Source: an uncultured delta proteobacterium (GTDB lineage Bacteria; Desulfobacterota; Desulfuromonadia; Geobacterales; Pseudopelobacteraceae). Taken from it: a stretch of DNA of 64,000 nucleotides. Position numbers and translations under genes: made by a program. Below are positions 1 through 8,850 of the stretch, one piece after another. Every line of letters begins with the position of its first letter. Position 1 is the first letter of the stretch. The notes beneath the pieces are model-generated. The model was not told where the DNA came from, did no database searches, and was given only the letters and a program-made list of their open reading frames with translations. The stretch lies in the NCBI GenBank assembly GCA_963772835.1, contig CAVYYZ010000011.1, positions 224,001 through 288,000 on the forward strand, read 5' to 3'.

Positions 1-2
1 TA

Positions 3-683
3 CTGGAAATTCAGGGGCTTACCAAGGACATTGACGGAGTCAAGGTGTTGAATAACTTTGACCTGATAGTGCGCAAGGGGGATAAAATTGCTTTTGTCGG
101 GGGTAATACTCTTGCCCGCACAACTCTTTTTCAGATCCTGGCCGGTGAACTGGAACCGGACAGCGGCAGTTTCCGCTGGGGTATTACCATTACCAGTGCT
201 TATTTTCCGAAGGAAAACAGCCAGTATTTTGAGCGTGAAATGACGCTCATTGAGTGGTTGGGACAGTATTCACCGCCTACGGAGGGCGAAACCTTTGCCC
301 GCGGCTTTCTTGGCAGAATGCTGTTCTCGGGCGAAGAGGCCATGAAAAAGACTACCGTGCTTTCTGGTGGCGAAAAGGTTCGCTGCATGTTGTCGCGCAT
401 GATGCTGACCGCCGCCAATGTGATTATTCTTGATGAACCAACCAATCATCTGGATCTTGAATCGATCACAGCTCTGAATGACGGACTGATTGCTTTCAGT
501 GAAGTTGTCCTGTTTGCGTCACATGATCATGAATTCGTCTCAACAGTTGCCAGCAGAATTATTGAAATTACTCCGGGAGGCGTTATCGACCGGACGATGG
601 GGTTTGAAGAGTATCTGGATAATACTGATGTGTCGCGGGAGCGTGACGAACTATACCATGGTCATGCAGACTTGAGTCTGTAA
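3..683 (+). CDS. ABC-F family ATPase (YbiT/YkpA-like), C-terminal part, 5'-truncated by window edge
   Basis: Frame open from base 3 (LEIQGLTKDIDGVKVLNNF...). Has LSGGE signature, ILDEPTNHLD Walker B and ASHD H-loop. No TM segments. Confidence 0.9.
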   Translation: MEIQGLTKDIDGVKVLNNFDLIVRKGDKIAFVGGNTLARTTLFQILAGELEPDSGSFRWGITITSAYFPKENSQYFEREMTLIEWLGQYSPPTEGETFARGFLGRMLFSGEEAMKKTTVLSGGEKVRCMLSRMMLTAANVIILDEPTNHLDLESITALNDGLIAFSEVVLFASHDHEFVSTVASRIIEITPGGVIDRTMGFEEYLDNTDVSRERDELYHGHADLSL

Positions 684-723
684 CTGAAGTATTTCAATTT
701 CATCATTTCGATGCTGAATATAG

Positions 724-756
724 AAAGGGGGGCGGTAGATATCGCCTCTTTTTTTT
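724..756 (+). terminator. Rho-independent terminator
   Basis: AAGGGGGGCG-gtagatat-CGCCTCTT hairpin followed by a T run, ~40 nt after the stop codon. Confidence 0.7.
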
Positions 757-835
757 GTGTATAAATTCAGGGAAAAGATGTAGGATATAACAACGTATTA
801 CTATTAATGAGAATCCGTGTCTGGAGGATATTAGA

Positions 836-2125
836 GTGAATAAATTGTTAATCAGAATGCTTGTAATCGTACTCACCGTATCGGTATTAACGGTATGTTA
901 TATATCGGTCTCAGTGGCGTCAGACTCCGGGATAGTAAAAATCGGCCTCAATTATCCCGAAACCGGGCCGTATGCAAAACAGGGGCTTGATCAGAAGCGT
1001 TCTGCCGAACTTGCGGTCGAAGAGATAAATGCTTCGGGAGGCATCCTGGGGAAAAAAGTGCAGCTGGTAATGCGCGATACCAAATCCAATGCCAAGATAG
1101 CCAAAGGAAATGCTGTCGAGCTGTATGATAATGAAGGAGTACCGATGATTCTGGGAGGCTCCTCAAGCGCAGTTGCAATTGCAACCGGAGAAGTAGCACT
1201 GCAGAAAGACAGACTGTTTTTTGCAACTCTTTCCTACTCAACCGAAACAACCGGTGAATACGGGCACCGACATATATTCCGTGAATGTTTCGACGCCTAT
1301 TTTGCGGGGAAAGTAATGGCTAATTATCTTAATAAAAACTTTAAAGGCAGGAAATATTTTTATATAACCGCAAATTATACCTGGGGTTGGACAACCGAGT
1401 CCGTGCTGCGCACTTTTACGGACACCAAAGACACAGTTAAATATCCTGAAGTTCTTACTGAACTGGGAGCCAAGGATTTTAAAGCCGCTCTTCTTGATGC
1501 CAAGGCCGCCGGTGCCGAGGTTCTGGTATTGTCACTATTCGGACGCGATATGGAGATTGCTGTCAAACAGGCTGACGAAATGGGGCTCAAGAACAGAATG
1601 CAGATTATTGTCCCCCAGATGAATGAGGATATGGCCCAAGGGGCCGGTCCGGAAGCAATGGAAGGGATTGTCGGGGCAACCCCATGGATGTGGAGTGTAC
1701 CCTTCAAATATAATTACCCTCGGGGTATTGCGTTCGTAAAGAAATTCGAGGAGCGTTTCAACCGTTATCCGACGACATCCGGTGCTTCTGCCTACGTCAT
1801 TATGCATGAATATAAAGCGGCCGTTGAGCAGGCGAAAACCTTCAATACCAAGGCTGTTATTTCTGTTCTAGAAGGGCGAAAGTACATCGGGTTGAAAGAT
1901 GAACAGCAATGGCGCAAATTTGACCATCAGTCGATTCAGACGGTGTATGCGGTCAAAGTAAAGCCTGCAGCCGAAGTGAAAAAGAGCAAGTACCAGATGG
2001 ATTATTTTGATATCATTGCCACAATGAAAGGCGAAGATGCAGCCGTTGACTTTAAAGAATGGAATGAGATCCGCGATATGGTGAATATGAAGCCAGAGCT
2101 CGAGGAGTATTCTCCTTCAAAGTAA
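836..2125 (+). CDS. Periplasmic substrate-binding protein, LivK/type 1 PBP family (orphan)
   Basis: Signal peptide, KIGLNYPETGPYA, LAVEEINASGGILGKKVQLV, GGSSSAVAIA. GGAGG RBS upstream of the GTG start. Confidence 0.85.
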   Translation: MNKLLIRMLVIVLTVSVLTVCYISVSVASDSGIVKIGLNYPETGPYAKQGLDQKRSAELAVEEINASGGILGKKVQLVMRDTKSNAKIAKGNAVELYDNEGVPMILGGSSSAVAIATGEVALQKDRLFFATLSYSTETTGEYGHRHIFRECFDAYFAGKVMANYLNKNFKGRKYFYITANYTWGWTTESVLRTFTDTKDTVKYPEVLTELGAKDFKAALLDAKAAGAEVLVLSLFGRDMEIAVKQADEMGLKNRMQIIVPQMNEDMAQGAGPEAMEGIVGATPWMWSVPFKYNYPRGIAFVKKFEERFNRYPTTSGASAYVIMHEYKAAVEQAKTFNTKAVISVLEGRKYIGLKDEQQWRKFDHQSIQTVYAVKVKPAAEVKKSKYQMDYFDIIATMKGEDAAVDFKEWNEIRDMVNMKPELEEYSPSK

Positions 2126-2206
2126 CGGTGTGTGTTATTTAAACACGTACAGTTCGATAATCATTGCTCGACAGACGGCAGTAATGTAATATGCCACCGT
2201 AAACCA

Positions 2207-2236
2207 GCCACAGGGTTATCCGCCCTGTGGTTTTTT
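2207..2236 (+). terminator. Rho-independent terminator / possible attenuator
   Basis: GCCACAGGG-ttatccg-CCCTGTGGT followed by TTTTT. Confidence 0.75.
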
Positions 2237-2252
2237 ATGCCGTGGAGATGTC

Positions 2253-2690
2253 ATGATTTCCCCTTCAGCACTGACAATTACCTGGATACAGCCTGAACTC
2301 GAAGAAGAACGCTGGGAGTTTTTTAATCATCCAGCCAAGCAGGAGTGGTACCGCTTTTATGCCGTCACATGGGAGAAGATTGAAACCGGCTTTTTAGGCG
2401 GGTCTCTTGTCGGATGGCCGCGTGCTGCGACTATCGGGGAAATCCCGGTGGCGCATTCATACCACCGCTATGAAGACTATCAGACTTTCCTCGCCAGAGC
2501 GAAACGGGGCTACCGTAAAAATTATTCCCGCATGGAAGATGCGCTGCAAAGTACCGGTTCCCTGACCCTCACGGCTCCGATAGTTCTATGCAGCAACGGG
2601 GAGGGGCTGCTCTTCTCCGGTTACCGGAGACTCTGCCTCGGTTGGAATTATGGGATGGTGCCGTATGTATGGCTGGTGCAACTTGGGTAG
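2253..2690 (+). CDS. Hypothetical protein with ParB/sulfiredoxin-like C-terminal motif
   Basis: GGAG RBS. APIVL...LLFSGYRRLCLGWNYGM resembles the ParB-N PIxV...GxRR motif. Confidence 0.6.
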   Translation: MISPSALTITWIQPELEEERWEFFNHPAKQEWYRFYAVTWEKIETGFLGGSLVGWPRAATIGEIPVAHSYHRYEDYQTFLARAKRGYRKNYSRMEDALQSTGSLTLTAPIVLCSNGEGLLFSGYRRLCLGWNYGMVPYVWLVQLG

Positions 2691-2725
2691 ATACATACCT
2701 ATACAGAATTACAGGAGTTTTTGAT

Positions 2726-4354
2726 ATGATTCAATTGTCTAACATATCCCGACAGCATGGTTCACAGATTCTGTTTCGGGACGCATCCTGCCAGATTCTG
2801 CCAGGAACGCATACCGGTCTGGTCGGGCCGAACGGGGCGGGAAAGACGACGGTCTTCCGCATAATTGCCGGCCAGGAGGAACCTGATGCAGGTGAAGTCA
2901 TCCTCCCCAAAAAGACATCAATTGGATACTTTTCCCAAGATGTCGGCGAAATGTCGGGGCGGACAGCACTGGAAGAGGTTATGGCCACCTGTGGGCCGAC
3001 CGTACAGCTGGCTGCGGAAATGAAGGTGATGGAGGAGGCGATGTGTGAGCCTCAGTCCGATGACCAGATGGCTTCGTTGCTTGAGCGCTATGGTACGGCA
3101 GTTGAAGAGTTTGAACATATGGAGGGATATGATCTGGATTCACGGGCTCAGGCTGTTCTAACGGGGCTTGGGATAGGACCTGATCGCTATAATCATCCGG
3201 TAGAATCGTTCAGCGGCGGTTGGAAGATGCGTATTGCGCTGGCCAGTATTTTAACCCTCAAGCCGGATGTGCTGCTTCTCGACGAACCAACCAACCACCT
3301 TGATGTCGAATCGATCATCTGGCTGGAGGAGTGGCTTTCAAGTGAATTCAAAGGTGCGCTCCTGATGACCAGCCATGATCGCGACTTTATGAACCGGGTT
3401 GTAACCCGGATCATTGAAGTTGCCAACAGTACGGTAACAACCTACGGTGGGAACTATGATTTCTATGAGCGAGAACGGGATATCCGGCTGGAACAGTTGA
3501 TCGCTTCTCACAAGCGTCAGCAGGATATGCTGGCCAAGGAAGAGGAGTTCATCGCCCGCTTTGCGGCTAGAGCATCTCATGCCGCCCAGGTTCAATCCCG
3601 GGTCAAGAAGCTGGAGAAAATCGAACGGATTGAAATTCCTGCCGAAGAGAGAACGGTACGCTTCGGCTTTGCTGACCCGCCTCGCAGCGGTGATGACGTG
3701 GCCGCTTTTGAAGGTCTGGGCAAGTCCTGGATAACGCCGGACAGCCAGGAGAATCCTGTCTTTCATGGAGTTTCAGGCATGGTTAAGCGACTTAATAAAA
3801 TCGCTGTCGTAGGAGTGAATGGCGCCGGGAAATCGACGTTTCTCAAGATACTGGCGGGACAGACCGATCCAACTGTCGGAACCATGACGATCGGTGCCAA
3901 TGTTGAAATCGGATATTTCAGCCAGCACGCCATGGAACTGCTGGACCCAAGGAAGACAATCTTCGAAACCATGCAGGATTATATGCCTCTTGCCACAATA
4001 GGTACAATTCGAAACCTGCTCGGCGCTTTCCTTTTCTCGGGTGACTCAGTGGATAAACGTATTGAAAACATCTCGGGTGGTGAGAAGAGCAGGGTGGTAC
4101 TTGCTACAATTCTGGCCCGCCCGGTAAATTTTCTAATCCTTGACGAACCGACTAATCATCTTGATATACGATCACGCGAAATGCTCCTGGAAACACTTAA
4201 AAACTTCGGTGGAACGATAGTTCTCGTTAGTCACGACCGACATTTTTTGCGATTGCTGGTCGATCGTGTTTTTGAGGTTGATCATGGCGAGATGCGGGTG
4301 TATGAAGGGACCTACGATTATTATCTTTCGAAGAGTCATCATACGGCAGGCTGA
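2726..4354 (+). CDS. ABC-F family ATPase (two NBDs, YheS/YdiF-like)
   Basis: GPNGAGKT and GVNGAGKS Walker A motifs, FSGGW and ISGGE signatures, two LDEPTNHLD. Start moved to ATG 2726 behind an AGGAG RBS. Confidence 0.92.
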   Translation: MIQLSNISRQHGSQILFRDASCQILPGTHTGLVGPNGAGKTTVFRIIAGQEEPDAGEVILPKKTSIGYFSQDVGEMSGRTALEEVMATCGPTVQLAAEMKVMEEAMCEPQSDDQMASLLERYGTAVEEFEHMEGYDLDSRAQAVLTGLGIGPDRYNHPVESFSGGWKMRIALASILTLKPDVLLLDEPTNHLDVESIIWLEEWLSSEFKGALLMTSHDRDFMNRVVTRIIEVANSTVTTYGGNYDFYERERDIRLEQLIASHKRQQDMLAKEEEFIARFAARASHAAQVQSRVKKLEKIERIEIPAEERTVRFGFADPPRSGDDVAAFEGLGKSWITPDSQENPVFHGVSGMVKRLNKIAVVGVNGAGKSTFLKILAGQTDPTVGTMTIGANVEIGYFSQHAMELLDPRKTIFETMQDYMPLATIGTIRNLLGAFLFSGDSVDKRIENISGGEKSRVVLATILARPVNFLILDEPTNHLDIRSREMLLETLKNFGGTIVLVSHDRHFLRLLVDRVFEVDHGEMRVYEGTYDYYLSKSHHTAG

Positions 4355-4414
4355 AGAGCAACCGGCGAAAAATAACTCCAATCGAGAATTGGAAAAAAAG
4401 GAGAAATGATTTTT

Positions 4415-4573
4415 ATGGCCAAGCCGAATTATTCATTTGAAAAGCGTAAGAAGGAACTGGATCGTCAGAAGAAGAAAGATGAGAAGAAGGCCCGCAAGGG
4501 TGAACAGAATGATGACGGTGCTGTGCAGGAGGAAGGTGCTGAAGGCAGCGAATCAGTAGCTGCACCGGAGTAA
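4415..4573 (+). CDS. Small basic/acidic protein (52 aa, MAKPNYSFEKRKKELDRQKKKDEKK...), missed by the ORF track
   Basis: AAGGAGA RBS ~10 nt upstream. Open frame to TAA at 4571-4573. The N-terminus resembles small proteins I recall as widespread in proteobacteria. Confidence 0.75.
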   Translation: MAKPNYSFEKRKKELDRQKKKDEKKARKGEQNDDGAVQEEGAEGSESVAAPE

Positions 4574-4606
4574 CATCACACGTACTCAATATAAAGGTAG
4601 ATGTTT

Positions 4607-5596
4607 ATGAATGAGAAGGCAAATATTGTAATTTTGGACGGCTATACGATCAACCCGGGTGATAACCCCTGGAATCTACTTGAGTCTTTGGGAAACTGTA
4701 TCATCTATGACCGGACTTCTCCGGAGCTTAAGATCGAACGCGCCCGCGATGCTGAAATTGTCCTGCTCAGCAAGGTGAAGCTGGATGAAGCTGCGCTGAA
4801 TGCACTACCGAAACTCAAATATATTTCAATGCTTGCCACCGGCTACAATAATGTTGATGTTGCGGCAGCAGGAAAACGCGGTATTACTGTTTCGAACATT
4901 CCGGCATATTCAACCGAGTCGGTTGCCCAGACAACCTTTGCGCTGCTTTTGGAGCTGGCCATGCATGTCGGTCTGCACGATGCCTCGGTAAAGGCAGGAG
5001 AGTGGATCAGTTGCCCGGATCATGCATACTGGAAGACGCCGCTGCTTGAACTGGATGGCCGGACTCTGGGTATCGTCGGTTATGGCACGATTGGTCAGGC
5101 TGTTGCGCGCATTGGAACTGCCTTTGGCATGAAGATTATTGCGTACGCTCCTCGTATTCCAAAGGAAGCCGGAACTGTCCCGGTCCGTTTTGTGGCTTTA
5201 GAAGAACTGTTTGCATCGGCGGACGCTATAAGTCTCAACTGTCCACAAACTGCCGACAATGGCGGGTTTGTGAATTACCGGCTGCTTGGCTTGATGAAAT
5301 CAAGTGCATTCCTGCTCAATCTGGCACGTGGCGGCCTGGTTAATGAAGCGGATCTGGCTCAGGCTCTGCGCGAAGGTAAACTGGCCGGTGCCGGACTGGA
5401 TGTTGTCGCCCACGAACCGATGCTGGCTGACAATCCTCTGCTGGGCGCACCCAACTGTATCTTTACGCCGCACATCGCCTGGGCTTCACTGGCTGCGCGT
5501 AAACGTTTGATGGGGATTGTTGCTGCTAACGTAGCGGCCTATTTGGCCGGTGTACCGGTGAATGTCGTAAACGGGCTGTATCTGAAACAGCCATAA
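4607..5596 (+). CDS. D-2-hydroxyacid dehydrogenase (glycerate dehydrogenase/hydroxypyruvate reductase-like)
   Basis: GIVGYGTIG Rossmann motif, NLARGGLV, LDVVAHEP, FTPHIAWAS. Start may be 4601 or 4607. Confidence 0.9.
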   Translation: MNEKANIVILDGYTINPGDNPWNLLESLGNCIIYDRTSPELKIERARDAEIVLLSKVKLDEAALNALPKLKYISMLATGYNNVDVAAAGKRGITVSNIPAYSTESVAQTTFALLLELAMHVGLHDASVKAGEWISCPDHAYWKTPLLELDGRTLGIVGYGTIGQAVARIGTAFGMKIIAYAPRIPKEAGTVPVRFVALEELFASADAISLNCPQTADNGGFVNYRLLGLMKSSAFLLNLARGGLVNEADLAQALREGKLAGAGLDVVAHEPMLADNPLLGAPNCIFTPHIAWASLAARKRLMGIVAANVAAYLAGVPVNVVNGLYLKQP

Positions 5597-5626
5597 AAAA
5601 AGAGGGGGGCAGTGCCCCCCCTTTCT
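5595..5626. terminator. Bidirectional terminator between convergent genes
   Basis: AAAAAAAGAGGGGGGC-agt-GCCCCCCCTTTCT. Confidence 0.75.
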
Positions 5627-5632
5627 GTACGA

Positions 5633-7015
5633 TTATTCCTGCCCGGCCTGCTCAACCGGCTTGTCCCCCGCCGGCTTCCTTTTCCGCCGTTTACGTTTTT
5701 TCTTTTCGATACTCCCGTCGGCTGTTTCATCTGCTGCTTTTACAATTACAGGTTTAGCCGCCGGCGGTTTCACGCGCGGTGGCGGTTTTCTGGTTCCCCG
5801 GTCAGGGACCCTCGCACCTCCCGGTTTGTCCCGCTTGATATCCTGAACCCTTTTCGGCCGCGCTGTCCGCACATAATCGAGAACATACAGATCATCATCT
5901 GCCCATTCTGTAGGAATTTTTGCTTTTATATACCCCTCAATGGCCTCAAGAAAAAAAGCGCCATCTTCATCAGCCAGTGAAATAGCCTTGCCTTCTGCTC
6001 CCGCCCGCGCAGTCCGTCCGATTCGATGGACATAATCTTCGCAATCCTGCGGCAAATCATAATTAATAACATGGGAAACACCATCTATGTGCAATCCTCG
6101 AGATGCGACATCGGTTGCAATCAAAATAGGGAGTGTACCATCTTTGAAATCATCAAGTATTTTCATCCGCTTACGTTGCTCAACATCCCCCGAAATGACT
6201 TTGCAGGGAAAATTATTTGCATTCAAGAGGTTGTGGAGATGTTCCGCCTCTCGTTTGGTGTTCATAAATATCATGGAACGTGCCATGCCTTCACGTCGTA
6301 GAAGGCCCAACAAAAGTGAAAACTTTTCCTTGCGTGAACAGTGGAAAAGAAGCTGTTCCACCCGTTCGGCGGTCATGTTCTCCGGTGTTACCGAAACTTT
6401 TGTCGGTGAGTTCATAAACTCATACGCCAACTCCATGACACGAGGATTGAGCGTTGCTGAGAACATCATGTTCTGTCTTTTTTCAAACGGCGGAAGTTTG
6501 CGGAGGATAAAACGGAGATCTGCAATGAATCCGAGGTCGAACATACGGTCAGCCTCATCAATCACCAAAACTTCAACATCTTTCAGGCTGTAAATCTTCT
6601 GTTTGAGATAATCGATCAGGCGTCCCGGAGTACCGACGATAATATCAGCGCCGTCCAAAAGGGCGTTTTTTTGCTTCATGTAATCAACGCCGCCATAAAT
6701 AGCCTGGACGACGAATCCGCTGTGAGCCCCCAGTTGTTTGGCATCACTTTCGATTTGGACTACCAGCTCCCGTGTCGGTGCCAGAATTAACGCCCGCGGG
6801 CGGCCGGCGGGCTGTTCACTTGCCAGCAGCCGGGTAAAAAGTGAAATGAGAAAAGCAGCAGTTTTGCCGGTGCCGGTCTGAGCCTGTCCGGCAATGTCAG
6901 TTCCCGTCAGGGTTATCGGAAGAGTCTGTTCCTGAATGGGTGTACATTCACTGAAGCCTGCATCGGCAATGCCGCGCAACACCAGTCCCGGAATCGGGAG
7001 TTCATCAAATCGCAT
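5633..7015 (-). CDS. rhlB: DEAD-box RNA helicase (RhlB-like)
   Basis: Q motif CTPIQ, AQTGTGKT, PTRELV, DEAD, SAT, HRIGRTAR, basic C-terminal tail. Confidence 0.85.
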   Translation of the reverse strand: MRFDELPIPGLVLRGIADAGFSECTPIQEQTLPITLTGTDIAGQAQTGTGKTAAFLISLFTRLLASEQPAGRPRALILAPTRELVVQIESDAKQLGAHSGFVVQAIYGGVDYMKQKNALLDGADIIVGTPGRLIDYLKQKIYSLKDVEVLVIDEADRMFDLGFIADLRFILRKLPPFEKRQNMMFSATLNPRVMELAYEFMNSPTKVSVTPENMTAERVEQLLFHCSRKEKFSLLLGLLRREGMARSMIFMNTKREAEHLHNLLNANNFPCKVISGDVEQRKRMKILDDFKDGTLPILIATDVASRGLHIDGVSHVINYDLPQDCEDYVHRIGRTARAGAEGKAISLADEDGAFFLEAIEGYIKAKIPTEWADDDLYVLDYVRTARPKRVQDIKRDKPGGARVPDRGTRKPPPRVKPPAAKPVIVKAADETADGSIEKKKRKRRKRKPAGDKPVEQAGQE

Positions 7016-7140
7016 ATATTTTCCTTTACGTTACATCTCTTGATGCTACGTACTGTCACCATATACTGTGACATCACGTCTGGCAATCGAAACATGACGT
7101 TACAGGCCCTTAAAATCGCACCATTCCTGCCAGAAATGCT

Positions 7141-7170
7141 TTGACAAATAAGAAGCCATTCCTTTACTAT
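7141..7170 (+). promoter_or_regulatory. Putative sigma70 promoter of the ispB operon
   Basis: TTGACA-18 nt-TACTAT, 30 nt upstream of ATG 7201. Confidence 0.55.
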
Positions 7171-7200
7171 TACCCGAATTTTCTTAAAGGATATTACATT

Positions 7201-8169
7201 ATGCAGGCTGCGCTTAACATAATCGGTGAAGATCTCAAGCAGGTCGAGCTGCAGTTCCGTAAAGATCTGCAGTCAGATGTACCACTGATTCGCAAAGTCG
7301 GTGAGTATGTACTCTCTAGCGGAGGCAAGCGTGTTCGCCCCGCTCTGCTTCTTCTCGCCGCCCGTTTGTGCGGATACATTGATGACAAGGCTGTCCCGCT
7401 TGCAAGTGTTATTGAATTTATTCATACCGCTACTCTGCTGCACGATGATGTCGTCGACAGTGCCACGCTCCGGCGCGGGCTGGCATCCGCCAATACACTC
7501 TGGGGTAATGAAGCCTCGGTACTTGTGGGTGACTTCCTGTTTTCAAAATCGTTCTCACTTATGGTGAGAGTCGGAAGTCTTGATATCTTGAGGGTACTTT
7601 CCGATGCGACAACCGTTATAGCCGAGGGTGAGGTTATGCAATTGCTCTGTACCGGTGAAATTGATCTTACTGAAGAGCGATATATCAATGTTGTCCGTTC
7701 CAAAACTGCAATTCTGATGTCTGCCGCCTGTGAAGCGGGGGCAATTCTTGGTGTTGCAGAACAAAGTAAACAGCAGGCGTTAGCCGGTTTCGGAATGGAC
7801 CTTGGCATCGCATTTCAGTTGATGGATGATATTCTCGATTATGTTGCCACTGAAGAAGAATTCGGCAAGAGCATCGGCCATGACCTTGAAGAGGGTAAGA
7901 TAACACTCCCGCTCATCCATACACTGCGAAAATGCAATGATGCCGAACGTGAAGTTATTGCCGCTGTGGTTGAACAGGATGAAATGTCACTTGATGACTT
8001 CCGCGCAGTTTCCGGCTTTGTTAAAAAGTACGGCGGTATTGCCTATACAGTCGATGCAGCCCGCTTCTACATAAATCGCTGCAAGATACATCTTGACCGG
8101 TTTGAGCCGTCACCGGTTAGAGAAGCTTTACGCAGCCTGTCCGAGTATGTGGTTACACGCAGCAAATGA
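7201..8169 (+). CDS. ispB: Polyprenyl (octaprenyl) diphosphate synthase
   Basis: GGKRVRP, LLHDDVVD and QLMDDILD aspartate-rich motifs, GKITLP. AAGGA RBS before ATG 7201. Confidence 0.92.
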   Translation: MQAALNIIGEDLKQVELQFRKDLQSDVPLIRKVGEYVLSSGGKRVRPALLLLAARLCGYIDDKAVPLASVIEFIHTATLLHDDVVDSATLRRGLASANTLWGNEASVLVGDFLFSKSFSLMVRVGSLDILRVLSDATTVIAEGEVMQLLCTGEIDLTEERYINVVRSKTAILMSAACEAGAILGVAEQSKQQALAGFGMDLGIAFQLMDDILDYVATEEEFGKSIGHDLEEGKITLPLIHTLRKCNDAEREVIAAVVEQDEMSLDDFRAVSGFVKKYGGIAYTVDAARFYINRCKIHLDRFEPSPVREALRSLSEYVVTRSK

Positions 8170-8313
8170 GTCTGCTGTTAGAAGTTTTCTGTGTTACTTT
8201 CCAATCACCAGAACTGTCAGAAAACGACTTAATTTCAACGCATCCTCATCCTGCTTGACCGCTTTAGCCAATTACGTTTTCCCCCGATATCATTTTCACT
8301 CTCCGGAGGTATC

Positions 8314-8841
8314 ATGCAGCGGTTTCTTTTAAGTATCATAGCATGTCTGTTTCTAGCACTGACTGCCTGTAAAAAAGCGGATTCGCCTCAAATGGGTGCA
8401 GGTGCAGTCGCAACAGAAAAGAGTCCTGCTCCGAACGTTTCGGTAGTATCTCTGGCGAACGGCACTCCTTTGAAATTATCAGAACTAAAAGGTAAAGTGG
8501 TTCTGCTTAATTTCTGGGCGACCTGGTGCCCCCCCTGCCGTGAGGAAATACCTTCCATGATGAAACTGAACGGTTTTATGACAGGTAAACCATTTCAGAT
8601 GGTTGCCGTATCTATTGATGAGGGGGGAAAGAAGGATATTGAAGCATTCTTCAAAGAAACCGGTTTTTCTCTTCCGGTATATCTTGACGAAAGCGGTGCA
8701 TCTTCCAAATCTTATGGAATTACCGGCGTTCCGGAATCGTTCATTATCGACAAGAAGGGTGTTCTGGTTAAAAAAATTATTGGCGGAGCCGCCTGGGATT
8801 CTCCGGAAGTTGTAGCTTTTATTGAAGGATTGATGAAATAG
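8314..8841 (+). CDS. TlpA/ResA-family thiol:disulfide oxidoreductase lipoprotein
   Basis: Lipobox LTAC, NFWATWCPPC, GVPESF cis-Pro loop. Confidence 0.9.
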   Translation: MQRFLLSIIACLFLALTACKKADSPQMGAGAVATEKSPAPNVSVVSLANGTPLKLSELKGKVVLLNFWATWCPPCREEIPSMMKLNGFMTGKPFQMVAVSIDEGGKKDIEAFFKETGFSLPVYLDESGASSKSYGITGVPESFIIDKKGVLVKKIIGGAAWDSPEVVAFIEGLMK

Positions 8842-8850
8842 GACACTCTT

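Noticed and set aside
2150..2236. Possible GEMM (c-di-GMP/cGAMP) riboswitch, suggested by AGCCACAGGG
   Set aside because: Lacks the AAACC-GNRA P2 stem and the GGAAAG junction. The segment is explained as a terminator stem.
2588..2725. Extended N-termini from the ORF track (ABC-F here; also ispB, PDE, Hda-like, rnfC/D/E, EetA-like, dctQ)
   Set aside because: They overlap neighbouring genes or promoters. Downstream starts have RBSs and match family N-termini.
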